From Octopus sinensis (lineage: Eukaryota), in NCBI RefSeq assembly GCF_006345805.1, contig NC_042999.1:53506001-53570000 (forward strand): a DNA stretch of 64,000 nucleotides, read 5' to 3'. Positions within the stretch are counted from its first letter, which is position 1; the number at the start of each line of letters is the position of its first letter. Below the pieces are notes generated by a model. The model worked only from the letters and a program-made list of their open reading frames with translations. It made no database searches and had not been told where the DNA came from. The position numbers and the translations under genes are program-made. Shown piece after piece: positions 26,405-39,192 of this stretch.

Positions 26405-27469
26405 TATGTTTGACTTTTGCTTTATATTTGTACAAGTTGGCTCCAAGTCTCACCCAGAGACCTCAAGAGACAACAGGGTTGGAAGTTCATGTTGTTGTTA
26501 TGCCTAGTGTGCCATATATTTGGGGGGTGGGGATGTTGTACTAATGAATGTCTAAAAAAAAAAGTTTTTTTTTCTTTTTTTTTTTTTTTTAAACCGAAAA
26601 TTATGGTTGTTTTAAACCTTGAGGTTACATAGAGAGTATTTTGCGTAGGATATGAGCAGTTCCCATGAGCACTATCTTTTGAACTTCTGCCATTTTTGGT
26701 TTCCTGGTATCTGAGTTAGGTAGCTATCAGCCCCTTTCGCTATCATTCCCAGGGCACCTATGACAACAGGTATTGTTTTAGTCTTCAGCTTCCACATTTT
26801 GCTGATTTCTATTTCAAGATCTTTATATTTGCTCAGTTTTTGGTAGGTCCTGACAGATACGTTTATATCGATTGGGACAGTCATATCAATGAGGAGGCAT
26901 GTTTTTTGTTTGAAGTCTTTCAATATGATGTCTGGCCTATTTGCATCTATCTTCCTGTCAGTTTGAATGGTGAAGTTCCAGAGGAGTGAGATGTGGTCAT
27001 TTTCAAGCACTGGGGGTGGTTTGTGTTCCCACCAGTTTTTTTCATGGGGCAAATCCAGGTTTTTACAGATTACCCAGTGAATATATTGTGCAGCTCTATC
27101 GTGCCTGTTGAGATACTCAGTAGGCGCTAGAAGACTGCACTTGGAGACCACATGGTCAATGGTTTCATTTTGTTGCTTGCATACACGACACGTTGGACTG
27201 CTTCTGATCTTTAATATGTTGGCCTGGTAGTTTCTTGTTGGTAGGCATTGATCTTGAGCTGCTATGATAAACCCCTCTGTTTCAGATTTTAAGCCAGAGG
27301 CCATTAGCCATTGATGGGTCAGGGCTTTGTCGATATCTGCATTATTCGCTCTCTTTGGGTATTTGCCATAGAGAGGTTTTTCTTGCCATTTATTATTCAG
27401 AATATCTAAGGCCGCAGTTTTGGCACGGGTTTTCATGCGCCTAGCTTTTTCTGTGCTTGTTTCTTGTAT
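26404..27469 (-). mobile_element. R4/Dong-like non-LTR retrotransposon, 5'-truncated (CCHC knuckle, restriction-like endonuclease, 3' UTR)
   Basis: ORF 26672-27436: ETEGFIIAAQDQ, CRVC..ETIDHVVSKC, RHD, RPDII, LIDMTVP, KLSKYKDL, IPVVIGALG; (TAA)n on both sides. Confidence 0.9.
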
Positions 27470-27499
27470 GTTATTATTATTATTATTATATTATTATTA

Positions 27500-27538
<39 letters not shown>

Positions 27539-27578
27539 CATCATCATCATCATCATCATTATTATTATTATTATTATT

Positions 27579-28796
27579 CTATGTTTGACTTTTGCTTTAT
27601 GTCTGTACAAGTTGGCTCCAAGTCTCACCCAGAGACCTCAAGAGACAACAGGTTGGAAGTTCTGTGCCATATATTTGGGTTTTTTTTTTTGTTTTCTTTG
27701 GTGTTGTACTAGTGAATGTCTAATACATAAAAATGAAAAATAAATAAATATTAAAAAAAAAATAAAAAATAAAAAAATTATAAAAAGTTTGTTTTAAACC
27801 TTGGGATTACATAGAGAGTATTTTGCGTAGGATATGATCAGTTCCCATGAGCACTATCTCTTGAATTTCTGCCATTTTGGTGTTTCCTGGTATCTGAGTT
27901 AGGTAGCAATCAGTCCCTTTCGCTATCATTCCCAGGGCACCTATGACAACAGGTATTGTTTTAGTCTTCAGCTTCCACATTTTGCTGATTTCTATTTCAA
28001 GATCTTTATGTCTTGACAGATACGTTTATATCGATTGGGACAGTCATATCAATGAGGAGGCATGTTCTTTGTCTGAAGTCTTTCAATATAATGTCTGGCC
28101 TATTTGCATCTATCTTCCTGTCAGTTTGAATGGTGAAGTTCCAGAGGAGTGAGATGTGGTCATTTTCAAGCACAGGAGGTGGATTGTGTTCCCACCAGTT
28201 TTTTTCATGGGGCAAATCCAGGTTTTTGCAAATTACCCAGTGAATATATTGTGCAGCTCTATCATGCCTACTGAGGTACTCTGTAGGCGCTAGAAGACTG
28301 CATTTGGAGACAACATGGTCCATGGTTTCATTTTGTTGTCTGCATACACGACATGTTGGGCTACTGCCGTTCTTTAATATGTTGGCCTGGTAGTTTCTTG
28401 TTGGTAGGCATTGATCTTGAGCTGTTATGATAAACCCTTCTGTTTCAGATTTTAAGCCAGAGGCCATTAGCCATTGATGGGCCAGGGCTTTGTCGATATC
28501 TGCACTATTCGCTCTCTTTGGGTATTTGCCATAGAGAGGTTTTTCTTGCCATTTATTATTCAGGATATCTAAGGCCGCAGTTTGGGCACAGGTTTTCATG
28601 CGCCTAGCTTTTTCTGTGCTTGTTTCTTGTATATCTATCTCTAATTCCGAAATTGGTTGTATTCGGAATTCACTTAGATATTCCTTTGCCTGTTTTGTGA
28701 CTGAGTATGATGCTTTCTTGTTTTCATGTTTTGAGACAAGATTTAACATCCAGTCCTCAGAGTTTTTCAGGTAGGTGTCTAGGCCAATTGTAGCAA
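27579..28796 (-). mobile_element. Second R4/Dong-like 5'-truncated copy of the same subfamily
   Basis: ORF 28006-28749 with the same motifs; small deletion near 28010 removes KxxKY; different truncation point; (TAA)n on both sides. Confidence 0.9.
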
Positions 28797-28818
28797 ATTA
28801 TTATTATTATTATCATTA

Positions 28819-28894
<76 letters not shown>

Positions 28895-28904
28895 TATTAT
28901 TATT

Positions 28905-28986
28905 CAGGTCATTGCCTGGAATCGAACTTGGAATGTTGTGTTTAGTAGCCAGCGCTCTTAACCACTTCGCATTATGCCTGTGGGCA
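28905..28986 (-). mobile_element. tRNA-like Pol III head followed by (AAT)n
   Basis: Reverse strand ggcataatgcgaagtggttaagagcgctggctactaa...aagttcgattccaggcaatgacctgaataataat (A and B boxes). Confidence 0.7.
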
Positions 28987-30819
28987 TTATATATACATAG
29001 GGAGACAGACAGACAGACAGACAGAATGATGGGAATGGAGGAAACTCTGGAACGTAAAGTCCACTGCAAGGGAACTTAAGCTCAGATCACAGAGGTCTGG
29101 AATGAATAGTACAAAGCGTTCTATCCAGTGCCAATTCTAACAAATCATTTCCATCCAGGCATGTGATCTGTGTATAAATAAGATGCAGAGAAAATGAAAC
29201 AGTAAAGTTTTAAATTAGTAATATCCCTCGAGATACTTCTTAATATTTTGATACGTTCACTGCATTTTCTCTGTTTGAATGTATATTAAAGTAAAAAATT
29301 GATTTGGGATATAGCTGTTAGATTTCTGTCGGCAACACGGGAATATGGGAACTCAATAAATCTACTTCCGACCAGAAATGGAACATTTTCGGCATATTGA
29401 GTTCTAAACGTATAAGCGAAGATGAAGAATATCGTTTGTGAATATTGAGCAATTGAAATTAGCCTTCCTCATTGCAAAATTCCTAAAGAATCAATGAATG
29501 AACATCTAAGATTAGGCTCGATGTAACTCCTAACGAGAAAAATTCCCAAGGGCACTCATAGAATAGTCGAGAATGCCATGAGTGGATCGCCTTTCTTTAG
29601 AGGACTGTCCAGTCGAAGATGGCGTGCGGCTACACAATACCAACAACAATTCTATTTTCCCACCTGCTCTCCAATTTTATCCAATGTTGTCCGTGTATCA
29701 ACGCCGATCCCTTTTTCCATTAGATATCTCCAAGACATGTTAACCTTCATATATACTATGTTCCAGCTCTTGCTACACTATAATCACAGTTATCAGTAAA
29801 AAAAGGATGTAATTCTTTAAAACATCCCCACACAGACACAGCACCACCACCACCAAACCACCAATATCCCACAGTCAGTATTTCCGGATAGTCAAGGTGC
29901 AAAATGTAAGATTCCACGTTAGTTAAACCAGTCTTTACTCTTCTACAAACTCTACTGGATTCATTATCACTGATACAGTCCAATCATTAATGTCCAGTTG
30001 TTCATCATTTCCTCTTTTATCCTATTCTACACCCGGTAATTTTCATTGTCTTCCTGTCTCACTTGATTTCATTTCCAATACATTTACATTACAAAGTCGT
30101 TAATTCCTGAGATAGTTAAGCTATCAGCTTCTTTGTTTTCTTCCAAACACTAATCTCTTCTGCGTCTCATATTCTTTTACTTTTTCATATTTCCCAACAT
30201 TCCTTGGCTACTCTGTACCTCATTTATTCGGAAATAGTTATATGTTTATCTTGGTTCTGAATCTCAGATTTATCGATTTTTTTCTCAAACGTGACTGTGT
30301 TTGTTTCATTAAATTTCTTTCTTTGAGAAGCCGCTTTGCCAAACTTCTCATTCTTTTTGCAAAAGTTCATTGAGTGGGTGTAATGCGGAAATGAAGTTAG
30401 GTACTCGGGAGAGAAACGCGTGTGAAGATTTCTCAGTAAAGATGAAGAATGGTCGATAAAAGTGCTTCTCAAAATGAATAGGGTATTGATCCCATATTCC
30501 TGTATAAGTGGTCTAGTGGATGCCAACAGTTTCCGGTGTTAACCGGTGGCTGTCTTAAAGATTTGATGTTTGTAGAGTAACGTTTCCGATAAAATAATGT
30601 TGCAGATATCAATAACGCTAAATGAATACCGAGCAATGACTGTGTAACTGTCTCTAATGGCACGTGATAATTCATTGGGATGACGAAAAAAGCATGAAAT
30701 ATTAAAGAAATGAAATATTGTCACGTCTTATTTTAAAAAAAACGCGAATATGGCCGTCTTACGGTTAATCACGTAAACCTAGCTTTACAAAGTCGAGAAA
30801 TAAGTAGTATAAAGGCAAG

Positions 30820-31199
30820 GATGACTTTCTCCAAGGCAGTGGTGGGGGGATCTAATCCTGGAGTTTTGTATTATAAAGTATGTAATGCAGTTTCAAACTT
30901 TAATTGACTTGTCAATGATATCTAACGAATATTGTTAAACCTCATTAACAAGGTTACTCTCGTCTCCCTAACTACTTCCTAAATTTCCGAGATATTAGTG
31001 CTACAGAAATATCTAAGAGTGGCGACCAAATTCAGATCCGAATAGCGTTCAGGAAATGGGTCACTGAGATCAGTTCACCATTTTTTAATAATACAGGTCC
31101 GTCGAAATATAATTTTGATGGCAAACAATAGATTTTAATGAAGGCACAATAGTAGTAATTATACAGCAGAGAGAACATCTCTTGAACATCTCTTGAATA

Positions 31200-31239
<40 letters not shown>

Positions 31240-31951
31240 TGTGTGTGTCTGTGTGTGTGAAAGCGTAATTTTTTATACGTAAGGAAGTAATAACTTGAGC
31301 AGATATCTTAAGTAAAAAAAAAAGCTTATCTTTAACCTAAGCACGTTTAATTTTCAGCCTGCAAATGTTTCTCGCTTGTGTTCCCATTCCTAAAATACAT
31401 TCGAATCATATGTCACAGATAAGAATTTTAACATGTCCTGAATAACCATGCAGTGCCTTATCAGACGAATTATGTTTCGTTTTGTCCTTGGGGGTTGTAT
31501 TTACTATATCCAGGATCGATTCAGTCCACAGAATTTCTTTTCTCATCCACATTAACATAGGGATATTCATCAATAACCACCATTGAGTTATATCCGTTTA
31601 TCAGACATACGAAATTTAATGACTAAGTGCTTTATAGTGTTAAGTATGCTTCCAAGATTTTTAAATCATATCCTAATGACGACAAACCATTTCTAGTGTC
31701 TATGGAAATTGCCAATGGTTAGCACCAGTACACGAAATCAATAAAATCCTCCATCATGCTTAAACTTAGTTTTTCTCAAACCGTATGTATTTATCTGTAA
31801 TATACCTGTGCTATCGTATAAGAATGGTGCGGTTTAACCAAGAAAAGAAACTGAGGCTAGAAGCAACACAATGTTTATTTATATTAATCTTAACAGAATT
31901 TACTCATAAATTAACGTACTAAACTATGTTTTATATGTATGATAGAAAATG

Positions 31952-32048
<97 letters not shown>

Positions 32049-34300
32049 ATAAATGAATAAATATAAGATAGAAATATAAGTATATATGTATACATACATA
32101 CAAAGCCACAAACACACACACACATAGATGTATAGTATTGTCCTCCATACATTTACCACATTCGTTTAGTTTCCAACATAACCGTGGGGGTATTGTTTCC
32201 GCAGTACTGCTACTCTATATTTATTTCTCCATACGACATATCAATTTATTTAATTTCTCACAGGTTCCCCTTTTTTTTGCCGATTCCAAAAAAGAAAACG
32301 AAGGAACCCGTAATAAACTCATTCGATATTTTCTATAACATCCGTCGCACTTTCAAAAGTTTTATTGTCACACCAGTCTGCTTTTGAAAATAGAATTCGT
32401 TTCTTCAATGGTTTTGAATGCGCTTTGGTGAATCTGACTATCAAAACTGTCTTTTGCAATGGGTACAAATGACTACTTTCGATATAATGCTATGAGCACA
32501 CAAAAAGTCGAGGCTTTTCACCGCTATTGTCACTGACATTAACGAAGCAGTTACAATTGATACGAAGTTGTTCCGGCACTCCTGCGTACGAATACGCATC
32601 TCAAACAAATCGAGGTAATAGCGGTAGATGTTCCCACACCAGAGGTTGTCAACCCTATGCATTTACTTAAAGGAGGAGTGATTTTCGACGGCTTTTATGG
32701 CCAGAGTCGTTCAAAACATGTAAAACACCACAAGAAAATATACATTTCACCTTCAAAATGAGACACGTCCCCTCAAAGTGAGAATGGCGTAAAAGTAAAA
32801 ATTCACCATCATAGATTATTCATTTCATTTGCTTTATATCACATGTCATTGAACGGCCTTTCGAGAAAAGTAGAAATTAATTACATATTATAAAGAAAGA
32901 CAAATCGGTATATCACCTGTTTGGCGAATGGTCCCTTATCACGAAAATATTGGTTCTCATATTTTGTTTGTTTGGTATTAAGAAATGGAGAATATGTTTT
33001 TCAGGGACACTCAACTGGTGATACTGAGTCACTGATTTAAATTGACTAGAATCTGACAAAGGCAAACACGGTCGAGGTGGTAGTGTCAGAGGTACTCTTT
33101 AGATGTTAAATATGCCGTGCGTGGGTTCGAAATTAAATATATAAGCCATGAAACAGAACCAATCCTTCGGTTATGGGGGAAGGACTTTCGCAGAAATTCG
33201 ACCGATTAAATCTTATATACAAAGATTTGATCGACTTGATAATAAGTGGAAAACGATAAAGCTATGTCGAAGATCGAACCCAAACGCACATATTTTTCTT
33301 TCGTATTTCTTAACCACGTAGTCAAGCTTGAATTTATCAATTTTAGTTTTACAGAGTTAGCTAAATTCGGCTACGATTGATTCTGAAGACATTGTTCAGT
33401 TGCTTTAGCAAAAGGTTTTATTGAACAACGCCACATGATTATGTGCGAGTCATTTCCATGGATAGATGTTACCTGAGAGTGAATAAAATATAATGTTCAT
33501 CAGGTAAATATTTTAATATCTGCAAGTCATTTTATATTAACACCACGTTATAAGAATTACCTGAATGGAGAAATCTTTCGCCTGACCGTGTTGGGAGTTA
33601 CATCTGTGTATATAGGTTTGTTATGTCATACTGACGCATCTTGTTCATTCACGTAAAGGACCGAATACATAATGATTTATTGGTTTCTCACCTAGTTACC
33701 TATTCATAAAATTTGTTTGACAAACTACTAATTTCCCTTTGCTTCTCCAGTCAACGCTTGTGTGAACAGAGAAAGCAGGAATATTCAAGTTTGTCCACAG
33801 AATATTTCAACTTTAGCAAGATACGAAATCCCTTTTCTTTAGATTATTAGATTATACTTGCATATTGTGATACATCAGATAAATTATGGAATATTTATAG
33901 GCTACAATTGGTGTCATATTGAACAGGGAACAAATGATTTACTCTGTACACAACATCAATGAATTATATTACATAGGTAAAAACATCAAGAGAGACGCAA
34001 TCAATGGGTAGAGAATCCTCAAATGAAGTCGAAACTAACGCTTAAATATGTGATTTACAAGTCAAATATCGAATATTAGTAAATACTCAATCGAGTAAAG
34101 TGAGATGTGAATCTGGCAAACATTGAATGGCTTTTGTTAATAGAAAAACGTTTGTTGTTCTCTAAGATTATAAATCGTTGCTAAGATTTCCTGGTCTATT
34201 TACAACAACGTTCTTTTATCCAAAGAACGAACGAGAAGAAAGCCGACGAGTGGTAATAAATATATGTCTTAAATGGATTTACATGGAAATCTGTGAGGAA
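30820..34300 (+). pseudogene. Possible ancient L1/Tx1-like ORF2 relic, interrupted at about 31200-32150
   Basis: Weak, frameshifted but collinear motifs: SP..DLILEFC, LP..LNFRDIS, NSFD, VFCNG..FSPLL, NLT-KGK-VEVV, MPC, ILRLWG, FLVYLQQR. Confidence 0.35.
31952..32048. repeat. (GATA)n microsatellite
   Basis: Direct reading. Confidence 0.95.
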
Positions 34301-35683
34301 ACCAGGAAAATGTGAACTAAAATATTTAATCATTATTTTCTTTCTGTTTTAAATTTATGGAATGACTAAATCAAATACATTTAAACTGTAGAATAGTATC
34401 ATCTAAAAGTCTAGATTGGAAAATAATATTCATATAATTTCTATTCAGTTTTCAATGTTCATTCTGAAACGGTTCCCCTTGCTCAGCCTACACCTCATGT
34501 TCCCGTTACTCTTGTTTACGTGTATGAATCTATAAATTTCTCTACATAGCTCTACATTCCTACATTCTCATACACCTACTCACCATACCTCTGTCTCTTC
34601 GTCTAACCTCTTCATTAGCCCAACTCAAGAATATTTCCACCTACATTCTGGGATTTCTTATTCGTTCATTTCCTCTCCGGAAATGCTGAGGTTCATAAAT
34701 TTAAAATTAAACTAATCGTGGTTATTGGTCAAAGAAGAGATCAAAAGCATAGGAGTATTGTGCTACATCCAAACACCTTTTCATAGAAAATAACTATACA
34801 GCAATTATATATTTCAGATATGATGGCCATAACACCATCTGCCTTTCATAACATCGGTCACCTTTACGATGCTTATTTCAAAAGAATCAGATTAAATCTA
34901 TTTTCCAAATACCCTGTAAATCAGAATACAGATTAATATTAATTATGAAGTAAATGTTATTAATGTGTTTTATTGGCAATGTAATTAATTTTATATAATT
35001 ACCTGTAAATAGGTATTGATAACTATTCTTAATTATATTTTGATTAATGATATTCTGATAGCTTTTGTCCTTATTGTTTGTCTCCGTCTCATAAATATTT
35101 TCTTTCTTCAGATGATTTGATGATGTTTTGTTTGTCCGGGAAATGGATTCACTATGGTTTATTGAAGTAGATTTTTAAATAATTATCTATAAATAATCGC
35201 GTTTAATCAAGATGTTAATTGACTTCGAGTTTATAATCCTAATTTAATGGAAGGTTGTTTATCTGGTGACTGGACTTGGTGTTAAAGACCGTTGAAACTT
35301 CACAATTACAGGAAGGGTCTACTGTATGTTGATACATCCGAGCAATTAAATAGGGAACCATGTATGACCGAAAGGCATATCAGATCGAGCGAGACTATAC
35401 GTGGTTGTTTTACGCGATAGAAATAGCAGGGAAAATAAGCGTCAAATTACAAGGTGATTACTGAGAATGTATGTAATATGCATGCATATAAACATATGTA
35501 TTTCCGAATGGGAATTCAGAAGCGCTATCTAGCCAAGCGGCTGCCCTGTGTTGGTCCAGAGATGTTGCTTTGTGGTGGATGGGAGTGGTGAGCTCCTCTG
35601 TTCGAAAATATGACACGTATGGGACTAAACAACAACATTCGTCCCAACCGGGACTGCTACATTATGATGGCAAATAGTGTTTA

Positions 35684-35727
<44 letters not shown>

Positions 35728-35768
35728 TATATATATATAATATATATATAGCATGTATGTATGTGTGA

Positions 35769-35927
35769 CGGGCTTCTTTCAGTTTCCGTCTGCCAAATCC
35801 ACTCACAAGGCTTCGATCGGCGCGAGGCTATAGTAGAAGACACTTGACCAGGGTGCCACGCAGTGGGACTGAACCTGGAACCGTGTGGTTGGTAAGCAAT
35901 CTACTTACCACACACCCACTCCTGCGC
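35769..35927 (-). mobile_element. SINE family A head
   Basis: Reverse complement of the 654-815 head. Confidence 0.85.
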
Positions 35928-35939
35928 TTATATATATAT

Positions 35940-36034
<95 letters not shown>

Positions 36035-36103
36035 GAGTAAACACATAAATGTGAAACAAGGTGGAAAAAAAGAGTACTCAAATACCAGAGGTAGAGTAAT
36101 ATG

Positions 36104-36244
36104 CTTTATTTAAAGCAGCAGAAAATTCAACAAAATCTGTTACTCTGAGTTTCTCGTTGCCATTCATCAGACAACTGTCTGATGAACAGTAACGAGAACT
36201 CAGAGTAACAGATTTTGTTGAATTTTCTGCTGCTTTAAATAAAG
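36104..36244. repeat. Inverted repeat (about 70 bp arms) with a hammerhead-like motif in each arm
   Basis: Centre ttcatcagaca-ac-tgtctgatgaa; minus strand tgt CTGATGA atg-gcaa-cga GAAACTC a GAGTA aca. Confidence 0.85.
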
Positions 36245-36263
36245 TATATATATATATATATAT

Positions 36264-36425
36264 AGTAAGGAAAAAATTATTTTTAAATGCAGAATGCTCA
36301 ACTGAAAGAAAATAAGAAATTGATAAAATATATAAATATATATTTATTCAACCGGTTTTCGTCATTGTATATTAAAATTTTCTTTCATTTGAGCATTCTG
36401 CATTTAAAAAAAAATTTTCCTTACT
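36264..36425. repeat. Inverted repeat (about 50 bp arms), Penelope-type terminal fragment
   Basis: aaatgcagaatgctcaactgaaagaaaat / attttctttcatttgagcattctgcattt; loop holds aaccggttttcgtc as at 20069. Confidence 0.8.
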
Positions 36426-36470
36426 TATCATTTCTCCACGTGCGGTCAACACAACCCCACCATTTATTGA

Positions 36471-36525
<55 letters not shown>

Positions 36526-36568
36526 GTATATATGTATGTATTATTCAAAACAGTTGAATTCTGATTCC

Positions 36569-36619
36569 GTGCTAGTTCAAGTTTCGCGGGTCCATAACGG
36601 AACCTCTCTCCTCGGGCTC
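36569..36619 (-). ncRNA. Degenerate hammerhead-like motif
   Basis: Reverse strand gagc CCGAGGA gagaggttcc-gttat-ggacccgc GAAAC ttgaa cta gcac. Confidence 0.4.
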
Positions 36620-37926
36620 GTAGAATACCCATTTACTTGGACAATAATATTTTCATCCCAAACATTACAACTGCATCTGTCCAAATATTTCATTTCTGTG
36701 ATTTTAAATATATTTGCTCGATTGCTGACATTTCTCCCATTGTTTTGATGCAACATTCTCTATCATTAACGATAAGTGGTATGTTTCACGGTTATGGTAT
36801 GCTTGTTCGTTTAATAATATATGGTTGCAATCATTCACGGAGGAACGCAAATTCGATGTTGCTAATCAGCAGTGAAACGAAGCGAGGTGTCAGTAAATCG
36901 TAAAGAATAATTGCATTTAAAATTCGCACGTCTTGTGATACATCTAACAGCCTTCGTTGAACCTAACTGTACATTTGTCAAGTAAATGAATTATGGTTTC
37001 TCATTGGATAAAATGCACTTCTTTTCCAGTTCTGACAAAATTAACAATAGAGACAGAACTAACCGGAAAGAAAGAGAGAAGGGGCGGACAAGCAGACAGG
37101 CAGACAGTCAGTGAGACAGAGATTATTGTGATAATTACTGTTCGGTCTCTATCGCTTCTCATTTGTTTAAATGTATGCCACGTGTTCTACGACACAGAAT
37201 AGCGTAGGCAAAACGAATTCCCTCCACAGCTATTTTCCCAATTACCAACAAAGTTTCCAGACTGATTGAATTACAAAAGGTAGAAGAAATTCTTTGAACT
37301 GGAATTTCCATTAACCCGAGACTCTAAAGGTTGAAAACGGTTTCTACATTTCTCGGTTAACCTTCACAACATGTTGAATCTAATATTTACGTACGACAAC
37401 CGTGGGACTCACTTCTTGTTTATTTGCCGGTCGTCTTAGTCTTACGTATATATGGTGTGTTTTAGTGTTGTTTTAATGTTATTTTAATGTCTTTTGAGGT
37501 TGTACTTTCATTGTTGATGAATTACATTTAAGAAATATCAACGAAACAATCACAACCTCGCATAAGTAACGAACAAATGTCCTTCGGCTGCCATCATTGA
37601 ATTACACTACGACAGAATACACACACTCACACACACATACATATACACTCACAAACACACAAACATACATACACGCATATTCCCCACACACACACCTGCA
37701 CACACACGCACATATGTTTATAGCCAAAACATCGAAAAAACAGAATTTTCTTTTCGAAAATCATATATGTGTGCTTAAGGAGGTCATTTTACATCTATGT
37801 GGTTTCGGGCTCAGCCCCATTGCGCGGTACCCTGGGCAAGTGGTTTCTTTATAGCACCGGACTGACTAATATCTTCAGAGGAAATTTGTTCAACGGAAAC
37901 TTGGAGGAAGCATGTCGTATGAATCT

Positions 37927-37979
<53 letters not shown>

Positions 37980-38479
37980 TATATATATATAAATATTAAA
38001 AAAAAGAAAAAACGAACAAACACAAGAAAAAAACAACAACGTGAGGACGTGGTACATGCAAAGTATTAGCAGACGCTCACGGAATGAAGGAAAGGTAGTT
38101 TTTTTTTTCTTTTGGTTTGCGGGAGCATCTGTTTTCTCGAAGGCACATATTATCGTGAATTGTTCGAAATGTGGAGTAGAAAAACATCCGACAACTGATG
38201 AAGGGTCGTTCTTTATGTTACTTGACTTGTTTTCCATTTGTTCCTCTCGTTGTTGGCAAAAACAGTTTTTCTCCGTATTTCATGTTGTTTAAGTTTTGTG
38301 ACGTCCTGTACCCATATATGCATGTATATATGTATATATATATAAATATATATGTCAGCATGTACATATATGTATGTATATATGCCATATATATATAACA
38401 AATTGCAGCGTGGAAGGTGTTTATAAGCCATTTAAGAAACACAGAAAACCGTTAGATTCAGTTCAACATTTAAATTTAA

Positions 38480-38530
38480 TTTGTCAAAATATTTTCGTCG
38501 CCTTGAGACCGAGACCTGTTCACTATCAAA
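38480..38530 (-). ncRNA. Type I hammerhead ribozyme, G3-C8 core variant
   Basis: Reverse strand tttgata GTGAACA g gtc...gac GAA AATATT T tgacaaa: helix I 6 of 7 paired, palindromic helix III. Confidence 0.6.
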
Positions 38531-38550
38531 ATTCCGTGGCGCATCACGAT

Positions 38551-38908
38551 GATCGATAAAATGACATAGCGTTTCGACAAACAAGTTCGAAAGAATGACT
38601 TAGCAGTTCACCAAACTAGATCGATAAAATGACGTAGCGGTTCGACAACCGATAACGATAAAATGAGTTAGCGAATCGCCAAATATGATCGATAAAATTA
38701 CTTTGCGTTTCGTCAGCCGTTACCGAAAAAATTACTTAGCGGTTCACGAAACAAGATCAATAAACTGACCTTGCGTTTCGACAAACGAGATCAATAAAAT
38801 AGCATAGCGGTTCATCAAACATGATAGATCTCGTTGGCGAACTGCTACGTCATTTTATCGTCTCGTTTGGCGAACCGCTATGTCATTTTATCGATCTCGT
38901 TTGTCGAA
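38551..38908. repeat. 34-bp minisatellite (about 8 diverged units) followed by about 2 inverted units
   Basis: Unit gatcgataaaatgacatagcgtttcgacaaacaa; inverted gctatgtcattttatcgatc at about 38877-38896. Confidence 0.85.
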
Positions 38909-39192
38909 GAGATCAAATAGGAGTCCCGAAAGAGATCAAAGACGAGTCCCGAAAGAGAAAAAAGAGGGTGCCGAAAGAGATCAAAGAGGGTGTGGAAAGA
39001 GATCAAAGAGGTGTTCCGAAAGAGATCAAAGAAGGTGCCGAAAGAGATCAAAGAAGAATCCCGAAAGAGATCGAAGAGGAGTCCCAAAAGAGATCGAAGA
39101 AGAGTCCCGAAAGAGATCAAAGATGAGTCCCGAAAGAGATCAAAGAGGAGTCCCGAAAGAGATCATAGAGGGTTCCGAAAGAGATCAAAGAG
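38908..39192. repeat. 23-bp minisatellite, about 12 units
   Basis: Unit cccgaaagagatcaaagaggagt. Confidence 0.9.

Noticed and set aside
26404-28796. The two adjacent Dong fragments as an assembly duplication
   Set aside because: They differ by many substitutions, distinct indels and different 5' truncation points, consistent with separate insertions.
28905-28986. Possible tRNA gene (also the SINE heads at 654, 15940 and 59536)
   Set aside because: A and B boxes are present but there is no complete cloverleaf or acceptor stem, and each runs into repeat bodies.
38193-38240. CTGATGA in a repeat fragment
   Set aside because: No downstream helix II and GAAA.
38551-39192. CRISPR-like periodicity and the repetitive ORFs 38821-39215
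   Set aside because: Units are contiguous with no unique spacers, there are no cas genes, and the context is eukaryotic; these are minisatellites.
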